Shown here: positions 20,727 to 32,900 of the stretch, one piece after another
How positions within the stretch are numbered: the first letter of the stretch is position 1
How the letters are laid out: each line of letters begins with the position of its first letter
Source of the DNA: Sedimentisphaerales bacterium
GTDB taxonomy: Bacteria; Planctomycetota; Phycisphaerae; Sedimentisphaerales; SM23-30
Reading direction: 5' to 3' (one strand)
DNA length: 64,000 nt
NCBI GenBank assembly: GCA_963666285.1
Contig: OY762711.1
Position numbers and translations under genes: made by a program
The notes under the pieces: generated by a model
Told to the model about the DNA's origin: nothing
Databases searched by the model: none
What the model saw: only the letters and a program-made list of their open reading frames with translations

Positions 20727-20780
20727 AATAAGTGAAGAATTAAGATGTCGCTCCGCCTGAGGCGGATTTCATTCTGCGAC
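20727..20780 (+). repeat. Intergenic heptamer-plus-hairpin repeat element
   Basis: AATAAGTGAAGAATTAAGA followed by hairpin TCCGCC-TGA-GGCGGA (20752-20766). Matches in-gene linker L9 (AATAAGTGAAGAACTAAGA...TCCCCCTACGGCGGA). Confidence 0.6.
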
Positions 20781-20901
20781 CGTGTATTAATTCGCCTAGT
20801 AACGCCACTTACAAATTATTTGTGTAACGGAAATGAGTTTTCAACGTCTGGATATATAGACATAAAGCTATAAAATTAAGATACTTAAGAAAGGTCGGAA
20901 C

Positions 20902-23900
20902 ATGGACATTACAACCATGATCAATGAATTGGGCCAATGGTTCTGTAAAGAAAACTTTGCTATGCTGGTTCAGTCGAGCGTGTTAATAGCAGTACTAATG
21001 CTGCTGGATCTAGTTATCAAGAAACGAGTTAGAGCGGTTATTCGATATTGCATCTGGATGCTGGTACTGGTGAAGCTGGTACTGCCGACGAGCATATCTA
21101 TGCCTACCGGTTTAGGGTACTGGATAAGCGACCAATGGTCGATGGAAGCCAGAACAGTCGAACAGCCGAACAGTCGAGAAGAAATTTCAAAAGAAGGGAC
21201 ACGGGAGGATAGCGAAGCAATTGCGGCGGCGGACAGTATGGTCACAGATGGTGTACGGGTGGTACGCAACGGCGCGAAGCGTAACGGCGAAGAGTTAACT
21301 GAAACGGCGGATAGCGGCGGTATAGCGGCTAACAGCGGAAAGGTATCGAATGGTAACGGCGATGCAGCGGCGGAAGACCAAATAAGTGGAGTGACAGGCT
21401 TACGGGATATTAATATTTTGCAAAATGACGTAAGTGCAGAAAAAAAATCAGCGGGCCTACCAGATGGGATGAAGTCTGAAGTAAGAAGTCTGAAGTCTGA
21501 AAATGAAGAAATTAAGAATTCAGAATTTAAAAATCAGGAAGAAGAAGAAAAGGGATATGGGATAAGGGATAAGGGATTAGGGAATGTGCTCGCTAACGCT
21601 CGGTTAATTAATAATGAAGAAGCAACCACGAAAAAGGGGACGGAGAATCTGAAGTCTGAAGTAGGAAGTCTGAAGTCTGAAAATGAAGAAAAACAGTTAG
21701 CGGCCGGGAATCAAATAACCTGGCAGGGCTGGATATTTATGGGCTGGTCGGTTGGTGTGCTGGTGCTGGTGAGTGTGCTGGTGCAGCGGTTCTGGTTTGT
21801 TAAGAGCCTGGTAGCGCAGAGTGAGCCGGTGAAGGCCGAGCGTATAAGGCAATTGATGGCTGAATGCCGGGAGCTGGTCAGAGTAAGCAGTAAAGTAGAG
21901 CTAAGGCTGACACGTAATATGATGAGTCCGGCGGCGTGCGGATTGTGGAAGCCTGTGATACTTATGCCGGAAGAGCTGCTGGAGAAATTGAGTAAGGACC
22001 AGCTGAAAGCGGTACTGCTGCATGAGCTGTCGCATATCAAGCGAGGCGACCTGTGGGTGAACCTGGCACAGACACTTTTGCAGATAGTGTACTTCTTTAA
22101 CCCCCTGCTCTGGATCGCAAATGCGATAATTCGCAATGTGCGAGAGAAAGCGGTAGATGAGTTGGTGATCGCGAAGCTAGAAGGTGATGCCGGGATGTAC
22201 AGCAGTACACTGGTTGATATAGCCGAGATCGCATTTTCCCGACCGCATTTCAGTTTGAGGCTGGTCGGGGTAGTCGAGTCCAAGAAGGCGTTGAAAGACC
22301 GTATAAAGCATATCTTATCGAGGAAGTTTCCCAAATCAGCCAGATTGGGTGCGGCGGGTATTGTGAGTATAATTGTACTGGCGGCGGTGCTGCTGCCGAT
22401 GGCGAGCGGGCAAGGTGCACAGGATAAATATATCTTTGAATATGGAGATGGCCATAAAATCGAGCTGGTCGGAATATGCAGCTGGCCGCCAAACGGCAAC
22501 AAATGGCATAGTCCGGATGGTATGCCGCTGGATATAAAGATCCAGACCTCTGACAGCAGCGGTATAGAATCGGATGAGCCCGGCTATCAGCTGGCGTTCA
22601 GGTCTGACAAGGGAGCAGCGTTCAAGTTAGAGTATATCAAAGGCTGCAGAGCGAAAAGTGAGCTTGGCGTATTTGACAAAAATGAAATAACAGCTTTTAA
22701 GGCTCATATCAATGGCAATTTAAATAAAACCAATATTAGAATCGCGGTACCGGATGGCAACTGGGAAACGTCATGTTCGAGCAGATCGATAACAGGTACG
22801 AGCGGCCATAAAGTAGATGGTAAGCCGTTAATATTCGGCGGGATGCAGTCCGGCGATAATATGATTATTACCTGCAGTGATAATGTAGGCTATAAAAAAG
22901 CGAGCAGGATAGTTGTAATTGACAAAAGCGGAAAGATAGTTGACGGAAAATCAATCGCGGATACCGGTTTTAATAATGTTCGACAGCGGACAATAGAATA
23001 TAAGAACATTGGACCTGCCGATATTGATAAGATCGAATTTATGACATGTTCGTATAAGACACATACGTTTAAGAATGTGGTTTTGAAATCGATACCCAAG
23101 AATCTTCAGTTCAGAATCGAGGGAACTGTAACTGATGCAGATACGGGCGATCCGATTGCCGGTGCAAAGGTAGGCGATGTTTCAGGCTATAACAGCGGCA
23201 GGTTTTCTACTACGACAGACGAAAACGGTAAATACGAATACCTGACATATTATGAAGAGCATAATATTGTTGCGAAAGCAGCCGGTTATGAAACTAAGCA
23301 GGAGATACTGCTGACGAAGCTGATCGGGAAAGAAGATAAAAAGACTATTGATTTTAATCTGAAGGATGAAAGAAAACAGGGATCAGGGATCGGGGATAAG
23401 GGATTAGGGAAAGTGCTCGCTAACGCTCGGTTAATTAATAATGAAGAAGCAACCACGAAAAAGGGGACGGAGAATCTGAAGTCTGAAGTAGGAAGTCTGA
23501 AGTCTGAAAGTGAAGAAATTAAGAATTCAGAATTAAAAATTAAGGAAGAAGAAGAAGAAGAAGAAGAAGAAAAGGGATATGGGATAAGGGATAAGGGATT
23601 AGGGAATGTGCTCGCTGACGCTCGGTTAATTAATAATGAAGAAGCAACCACGAAAAAGGGAATGGACAATCTGAAGTCTGAAGTAGGAAGTCTGAAGTCT
23701 GAAAAAGAATATATTAAGAAAGAAGAAAATAACCCAAAAGAAAGTGAAGAGCTAAGAACTAAGTATACTTTGTCAGAATTATTAAAAAATATACAAAATG
23801 CTGATAATGTTAGAAGTCAGCTACTATCGAATTCACAAGGTAAAGCATTGATCAATATCACATTAAGTAAAATGGCTACCAACGGGAAAGGTAAGCTACA

Positions 23901-26900
23901 GGATGAGTCTGTCAAGAAGTTTGATACAGACGACTATAGCTGCGTTATTGACAAAAACGGTAATTTCACCATAGACTGGTACCAGAGCGTTGTCAAAAGA
24001 AGGTTTGATTTACATTCTGTCGATCAACTAAACAATACAACACAGGCTAAGCCACTATGGTCAAATGTTGACGCACGCACTTTTATTGACCCTAATAAAT
24101 GGATAGTTTATGATGCGATAAAAGATGAATGTTCTGCAAAAAACGCAAAAGCACGAGCTAAGCATGCAACAAATCCGCTATCGATAATATTTGATTTTGA
24201 TATTGAACGACTTTACAGCGTAAACCTTCATTCTCAAATCCGAAACATTGTCCTCTTGTATGCAAATAATGGAACTAAGCCTAAAATAGCTGCTGAGACC
24301 GTTAACGGTATACCCTGTATTAAGATTTCAATCTTTAAAGAAGCTGAAAATGATAATGGCAACATAATGAATAAGCTAATTGAGTTCTGGGTTTCACCGG
24401 AGATGGGACATTCGCTGATTAAATATAGATTTTCTATGGGCAAATGGTCCCAAGGAATAGACCTCCCCCTTTGGCAAAGTTATGATGCAAGCTATATAGA
24501 GTCCAAAGAAAATCATGGAGTGTGGCTGCTTAATAAGCTGGAAATGTCACATAAAGATATTACGATGGGCAATATTGAAACTCTTCGGGTAGAGTTTGTT
24601 GAGACAGAGATTGATACTGCTATTTCTGGTGAAGTATTTACTACCAAGGGTTTGGGCGTAACAGATAAGACTAAGTTTGTTGATAAATTGATGGAAGAGA
24701 AAGAAAGTCAGAGATATGGCGAAGAAATTAAGAAAGAAGAATTAAAAATTAAGAAAGAAGAAGAAGAAAAGGGATATGGGAAGGAAAACATAAAGGATGA
24801 AGTATCAAGTATCAAGTATAAAAAGAATTCAAACACGAAAGACGGAAAAGATGCGGAAATGGGGACGGACCCCATTAATTCATTGGATATTAAACAAGAA
24901 TGGAAAACAATTGCAGAATCATATAAAGTGAATTCCAATATTCCGGTGCAAGTTGCTTCAGTGGCAACGGATTACGGACAGGTAGTCTTTGGAAATGCGT
25001 ACAGTAAAGATGATGGAGCCTGGATATCAACAACTGACGATATTGACAGAAATATTTGTGAGGTACGCATTGTCGCAATCGATATCGATGGTAATATATT
25101 ACTTCAAAATGGCGGAGGAAGCAGCACTGTAAACAAAACAAATACACTGCAATGTCGATTTGACACTGAATTGAGCAAAGTCAGTCTTTTTGAAATTCAG
25201 ATCAGGAATAATGAAACCACAAAAGATGCAGAAGCTGAAATTAATATAGAAACGATTAAGGGATGGGTAATAGATTATTATAAAGATTATGACCTGGAGC
25301 ATCCGAGTGATCGAATATTGAAAAGAAGATTCCTCGAATGGAATGAACCGGCAGTTGACAGCAGCAACCGACATCTGATAAATTGCACGGTTGAAGAGAC
25401 AAGCCGGAAAAGCGGAGATGATATTATAGTTATCAAGGGCGAGGACTTTACCTTTAACCCGGACGGCAGTTGTGCATCGAAGAAGAAAACAAACACAAAT
25501 TCACTATTTGATTATATCGCGAGCGATATTGTCGGTAGATACATAAGAAACAATATAGATGATGGCTATAGCTGGAAAAGTTATGTTGAGAAAGGAAATT
25601 TAGGAACAGATGAAAATGGTAACTATACATATAGGATTAAATATGAGTTGAGATATAATGATAGCAGCTATTCTTATACATATTTCACGAAAACATTTAC
25701 GGTGAATCCGGATTACGAGATAATTGCGATTGAAGAACTGCCGAAGGAGCTGACCAGTTATGATAAACGCAGGATTGCGAACATGGTGAGTGAATACAGA
25801 GAGAAGATGAGGAAAAGGGATATTGCCGGGATACTTGAGATGCTGGTGATTGAGGATGATAAACATCTGGAGATGGTTAAGCAATATCTTGAAGAAACTT
25901 TATACGGGAAATGGTCAGATTGGAATTTTTATTCAGAAGAGAATAATAAGTTCGTTGACGTTTATGAAGATGGTAATAATAACTTTGAAGCCTGGACACT
26001 GACTAAATCTTTGGATGATAAATGGACTATAGGAGTGATACCGGTAAGGTATAAGAATGGGGAATTTAAGCTTGACAACTTTAACAAGGAAACAATAGAA
26101 AAGTGTAAAATAATTAAGACAACAGATATAGACAGTATGGGCAAGATATTGCAGCAGAAGAATGCCGAGGGATGGGTTCATGCCGAAGGAAAAGAACTGA
26201 AGAAGCTTTATCTGGATAAGATAACTCATGAACAGAGAAGCCTGGCGACATTAAGCGTTGCTGATAAGTACAAATTAGAGATGATGAGATTTTGTACAAG
26301 AGAAGAAATTGAGAAACGGTTGAACGAACTTGAGAGTATGACACCGGAAGAGCTGAAGGAGAAAATGATATCGGAAGCCCTACTACGACCAGCTCAGAAC
26401 AAAGCGGCAAGAGGAGAGAAGTCTGAAGTAAGAAGTCTGAAGGCTGAAAGTGAAGAAATTAAGAATTCAGAATTAAAAATTAAGGAAGAAGAAGAAAAGG
26501 GATATGGGGTGGAAAACATAAAGGATGAAGTATCAAGTATCAAGTATAAAAAGAATTCAAACACGAAAGACGGAAAAGATGCGGAAATGGGGACGGACCC
26601 CTTTAATTCAACCTATCTGCAAAATTCCGGCAGTATATGGGATCTGCACAAGACAGACAGGATGCAGGATATCTTTATGCTTGACCTGGAAACGGGGCTG
26701 AAAGCGAAGCTTAAAGATATCGCTGATATCGAACAGCTGAAAAGGACACAAGAATCATTCAACGCAGGTGATATCTATTATTGCTATGATCAACAGCCAT
26801 GGCTGGGGATAGTTCAAGAAGCACATTTCGCGAATGGAAATATAGAATTTGACCCGGCTTTGAAAAGGACAGTAATCAGCGGGTTAAACAATATTATTGT

Positions 26901-29900
26901 TATAACTAAAGATAACAGGACGTTCGATATAAACTTCAGCTATTCAGATGAGAATGGCTGTATGATAAAATACCGAGAGATAGCGGCAGGTGAACCGATG
27001 CCGAAGATTAAGTTCAAGGCGCAGGTTAGCACAGAAATTCGGTTTGCCGCTATTGACAATAAGGCCGTGCCAGGTTATGACAATTCAGACTGCAGCATAG
27101 TCAGTAAAGATGAATATGAAGAGATTATCGAAAAAACTAAAAAGGATAGTAAAGGCAGGTTAATTACAGCACCTAACGTAACATTATTTGACGGGGAAAA
27201 AACGGACATTTCGTTATCGACTGAAATATTTCGCCAACTAGGATATGATAATATGGATATCCGGTTTACTCCTTATGTAATGGATAATAATATAGTATCT
27301 CTTGCGGTCAAATTCAATCGGGAAATAGACAGCGGCAGACGGGCCGAAATACAAAAATATGTCAGGTTTGAAGCTGGTCAATATGGCGTACTGCCTCTAA
27401 AGAATATTATCGGGATTGATTACCTGATGATTGTCAATTGTCAGATTATTGAGCCTGACGATGGCAGCAACGGTAATCATGGCAGCTGGGAAAAAGATAA
27501 AAAGGAGAAAAGTGATCCCCTATTCGATAGAGAGTACCTGGGCGAGTGGAAGATGCCAGAGCTAGATATTAAAGAGGGAAAGAAAATTAAAAGCTTAAGG
27601 CTGAACATAAAAGATAACGGTACTATGACGATCAGATATATCGATATGAATGGAGATACAATATTACTTGATGCAGATTATGATGTTCAGGATGGCATGG
27701 TCATAGCCGGGAACGGGGATAATATCTACGTAAGATGCTATTTCAAAGATGATATATTTTCAGCTGAGATGCCTGAATTTGATATGACAGTACTGTTGGA
27801 ACAAGTGATGCCGGAAGCTAATTTAAAGACTGACGGCGAAGAAATTAAGAATTCAGAATTAAAAATTGAGGAAAATATAAAGGATGAAGTATCAAGTATA
27901 AAGTATAAAAAGAATTCAAATACGAAAGATGGAAAAGATGCGGAAATGGGGACGGACCCCATTAATTCACTGGATATTAAACAAGGATGGAAAACAATTG
28001 CAGAATCATATAAAGTGAATTCCAATATTCCGGTGCAAGTTGCTTCAGTGGCAACGGATTACGGACAGGTAGTCTTTGGAAATGCGTACAGTAAAGATGA
28101 TGGAGCCTGGATATCAACAACTGACGATATTGACAGAAATATTTTTGAGGTACGCATTGTCGCAATCGATATCGATGGCAATATATTACTTCAAAATGGC
28201 GGAGGAAGCAGCACTGTAAACAAAACAAATACACTGCAATGTCGATTTGACACTGAATTGAGCAAAGTCAGTCTTTTTGAAATTCAGATCAGGAATAACG
28301 TAGAAATGGGGACGGACCCCATTAATTCAACGTTCAAAACAGTTGTACTTAAAAATTCAATCCAGGCGATCAATTTAAGTAATAATCAGAAAACATATGA
28401 TTTTTATGTACTGGATATGGCAAGCGGAAATGTGAAAGAGTACGAAAATGTACAAGATTTCAATCATTTGACAAATATCCTGAATAGCGTCGGCAAAGGA
28501 GATATGGCGTTTGTATTTACTAAAGACAGATGTATGCCGGTAATCAACTGGGTTCGGAATGCTCGGCCTGTTGAAAAAGCCGATGAAAGACAGAGCCACT
28601 ACTTCTACAGTGCGAAGTGGTATCCGGACGATAATATAATTACCAATGAAGGCAAACGATATTATGTATATTTCAAGGATTGCGATGAAAACGGGTGTGA
28701 GATATATTACAGGGAGATCATGCCGGGAGAATCGCTGCCGAAAAATGTCGAGAGAGAATATGTCAATGAAAATAACGAGATAGTATCAATAGAGATGGAA
28801 CTGTTCAGTCTGAATGGAACTGAATACAGTATAGACACAGAAAGGATAATTAAAAACGGCGACGAGCTGGATGAGACCCAGATAAGTTTTCTGCGGAAGA
28901 TCTCAGAAAGTGGAAAAGTGAATTTCTGGGAAAAGCTGCCAAAGATAAAAGCGTTTAAGACAGAAAAGGTAGATATGAGCTCACTAGGGGCAATATTGCC
29001 AGCCGACAAATTCCAAATAGACAAGCTGACCGTCATCCCAAATGATATAAACGGCGGAAGTTTATGCCTGGATATTGATCTTGCCGGTTCGTTTCATGCC
29101 GTCGACTATACAGGCGATAACAAAACAGATGCGATAATGAGTTCGTTCACACGCAAGGTTACGAATATTATGCCTGAAAACAAGGCGGCATTGCTGGAGC
29201 TGTGCGGAGTAAATGGCATTCATTATTTCATGCTGGTTAAAATGCAAAATGCAGGCAGTGATCTGAAGGATGAAAATGAAGAAATTAAGAATTCAGAATT
29301 AAAAATTGAGGAAGAAGAAGAAGAAGAAAAGGGATATGGGATAAGGGATAAGGGATTAGGGAATGTGCTCGCTGACGCTCGGTTAATTAATAATGAAGAA
29401 GCAACCACGAAAAAGGGGACGGACCCCATTAATTCCTTTACCCCCTCCTGGATTGGACTGCCAGAAGGGTGGGACAGAGATAAGGCCTGGAAAGAGATAA
29501 CCAGCTACCTGGAAAATAATATAAAAAGAGATTTGCCGGAAAGTAATATAAGTTATTTCAATGATGACATAAAGCATGGACCGGTTGAAATATCGTACCA
29601 TACACAAAAATATCAAGTTGAAAGTCCGGTATCTAAGGCAAGAATTGATACAGAGAAACAAACAGAAACAGGCCCTCAGCCAGACGGACTGATAATCAGG
29701 ATATATCTAACTGAAAATATTGAACAGATGGTAAGGCCGCAAACTCTGGATAAAACTTTCTGGAAAGTTGATTTCCTGAAAATATATCTGCCTGAACTTA
29801 AATTGTTCCTGATGGCCAACATATCATACGGCAATCAAACCGACCAGACACTTCTCAGTAAATATAGAAATTTAAACGGAATAATGGCTAACATTATCGA

Positions 29901-32900
29901 AAGTACGCAAACCACAAAAATCACAGAAGTGGATAACCAAAGGTACGATACAGTTGATAAAAAATATATGGATAAGATGGCGGGTGAGGTTTTGTTCTGC
30001 GGTGAGTATAAGCATATAAGCCGGAGACGTGAGATAGAGACGCCCAGCACACTGCTTGTAACTCGAGGGGCAGACGGAGAGATAAACGCTTTGGCGTATA
30101 TGCCGTGGATGGGCAGCTATGACATGGCGGTTGGTGATAAAGAAGGTAAGCTGTCGGGCTATTTTACGTGGCGGGCAGAGTCGGAAGGTAAGCCCGGGTT
30201 CGATACGGAGCTGGAGCTGGGTGATGGCAAGGCGGTATTGAACCGGCACGGGATACGTGAAGACAAGGTAAATGTGGAGTTGAGTGTGGCGGAAGGAGCG
30301 AGGTTTAGCCCAAATAGCAGGCCGGACAGCTATTGTGCAGATAATATATTTATGCGCGGGCTGGATATAGCAGTTGAAACGAGTAAGGAATTTGAAGTTT
30401 ACGACTGGGATAACAGCGGCGAGGCGATGGCGAGCTATACGATAGAGGTGTATAATGCCGGGAAAGAAGAGGTTGTGGTGCCGGCGGGCACGTTTGAGGC
30501 GAACCATTATGTGCTGACGCAGACCAGTACCGGAAATACGTGGTATAAGAAACAAAACGGACATATTACCGATTATTGGGTGATGGATGACGGGATAATT
30601 GTGCGGGTGCTTCGACACAGGGAGCCGTATGAAATACAGTTAATGAAAAATGAAAGAATACAGGGATCAGGTTTCAGAGGTCAGGGATCAGGGAAGGTGC
30701 TCGCTGACGCTCGAGCTAATAATACTGTATCTAAAGGGGAATATGAGATATGCGGTACTGTAACAACAGAAATGTCAGAAGGTCGCTGGGAAGAGTTTTT
30801 TGCCAGAATGGATGCCGCCAAGACAGAAAAAGAGCTGAATGATATTGTAACGTCAGAGAGGCAGCCAGGAAAAGAACCAGCGGCAAATGTTGAGGTAAAA
30901 CTAATCGGCCGGTATGGGAATAAACCGTTTGAGCGAATAACATCAACCGATAATAATGGCAATTACTGGTTCAAAGACCTGCCGATCGGCAGTTACAGAA
31001 TATCATGCCAAGATAACATTGTTTATAATCGAACCGGCAGTATAGTGACAATGGTCGGTGAAGGAGATAAACCGATAGAGTTTGTTTTGTCCGGTAAGAA
31101 GAGAGCCGAGATGGATATCGAACTTCGTGATAATAACCTGCTGACTGTAACAGGGAGAGTACTTGATCAAAAAGGCAGGCCAATCACAAATGCTGTTGTA
31201 ACCGGGACAAGTACCCCACTTGAAAATGGCGGGATAGGCGAAACAAGCGAACAAACGAGGATTTTCAGTCCGCAGATAATAACCGGCAAAACTGATGCCG
31301 AGGGCAGGTATCAGCTGGCAGGGTTTGAAGCAGCCCATTATATAAACGTATTTCGCAGTTTGATCAATACGAATAAGGATGCACGCGGACCATATAAATT
31401 CTTTGCTGATATTACGGTACGGGCGGATGGGTATGTGCCGGCTGAGAGGAAAGCGTACAGAGTTCCGCTGGCAGGTGAAGAACAGCTATATCGTGCCAGG
31501 CGGCTGCTGAAAGCATATGAGAAATTGGATACTGATGCCAAAGTGAAGGAAAACCCTGAGCCGGTATGGCCGTTTGCGAAATGTGAAGGTTCAAAGCTGG
31601 TTGGTGTAGATATAGTAATGAAGTCTGAAAGAATAAGTGAAGAACTAAGAACTAAGAGTGAAGAGTTCAGGAATCCCCCTACGGCGGAAGCTAATTTAAA
31701 GACTGACGGCGAAGAAATTAAGAATTCAGAATTAAAAATTAAGAAAGAAGAAAATGCAAATACAGCAGTTGGAAATGATGAGCTAGTCGTTGAAGATGCG
31801 GAAAAAGAGACGGTCAGCATAAATTCCAGTTTAATTTTTTCAGAATCTGCATATGACAAGATGAAAAAAGAGCTGGTTCAGGAGACCGCGGAAAATACAA
31901 AAGAGTCTTCTATCGATCAATTTGTCGGTATCTGGGAAAATCCGGGATTTATCGGTAACGATGAAGGAAGGCCAAAGTACACATACTTACTGATAATATA
32001 CGAAGACGGAAAAGTCATACATGAAGAACTCGAGCTGGGCGTTTATAAAGTTGAAGAAGGAAAATATGATATAAAACAGAACGCCATTATTATCTGCGGC
32101 AGCAAGGGTGAAGAATATGCAATTTGCAAGATAGACAAAATCGGGAAACTAATTGTTGCCCAAAAAGCATATTCAATATCAACCAGATATAATAAAATCA
32201 TGTCAACAACAGACATATCTACCAAAACAATGAAGCAATGGTTCAGCTTGCGGTCTGTAGTACCATTTTTAGGTAAATGGTATCTGTTTAATCATATCAT
32301 AGTAGATAACATTGGAAATAATTCATCTCTGGTTAAAAGTGCAGAGTGTAAGTTTAATAATGACTCGACTTTTGATATTACATTAGACGATGGAACAGGA
32401 CAGGATGCGATTTCTGGTTTTCAGTGTAACTTCAAAGACGGTAAAATTAATATTTTGATGGGCAATTCCATCTTTGGTGTATGCCGTATCGATGACGGCG
32501 ACCTGATAATCGAACAGCCAAACCTTGGAACGCGAATGATATTTAAACGAGAGAAGCCATCAGATAAAAAAGAACTGACAGAGGCGGATAAGGGAGAGAT
32601 AAAGGCGTTGGTGCTAAAGTTCTGGCGAAAGATACGAGAGAAGGACATGGATGCCCTGATAAGCATGCATATTATCGAAAGTAACGAGCATCGAGAGCAG
32701 CTGGAGAAATATCTGGGGATGATATTGGACGATATTAGACCGGGCGATCCGGGGTATCCGAGTGAAGAGAATTTGCGGATAGTTGATGTTTTTGCCGAAA
32801 ATGATTATTTTGCGGCTACATTACTGCAAAAGGTATCCGATGAATGGATAGTGAGGGATATCCTGGTGAAAGAAGAGGCCGGCGAGTATAAGATGAATAT

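Noticed and set aside
24784..28298. Near-identical duplicate as a DGR TR/VR pair
   Set aside because: The domain differences are T/C, A/G, G/T and T/C, which is not adenine-specific. Both copies are in-frame coding and there is no RT.
21586..29435. Linkers as integron attC sites
   Set aside because: No RYYYAAC...GTTRRRY ends enclosing a long imperfect palindrome. Modules lack their own starts and stops, and there is no intI.
21471..31755. Linker repeats as a CRISPR array
   Set aside because: Spacers are hundreds to more than 1000 bp, variable and protein-coding. Repeats are composite and there are no cas genes.
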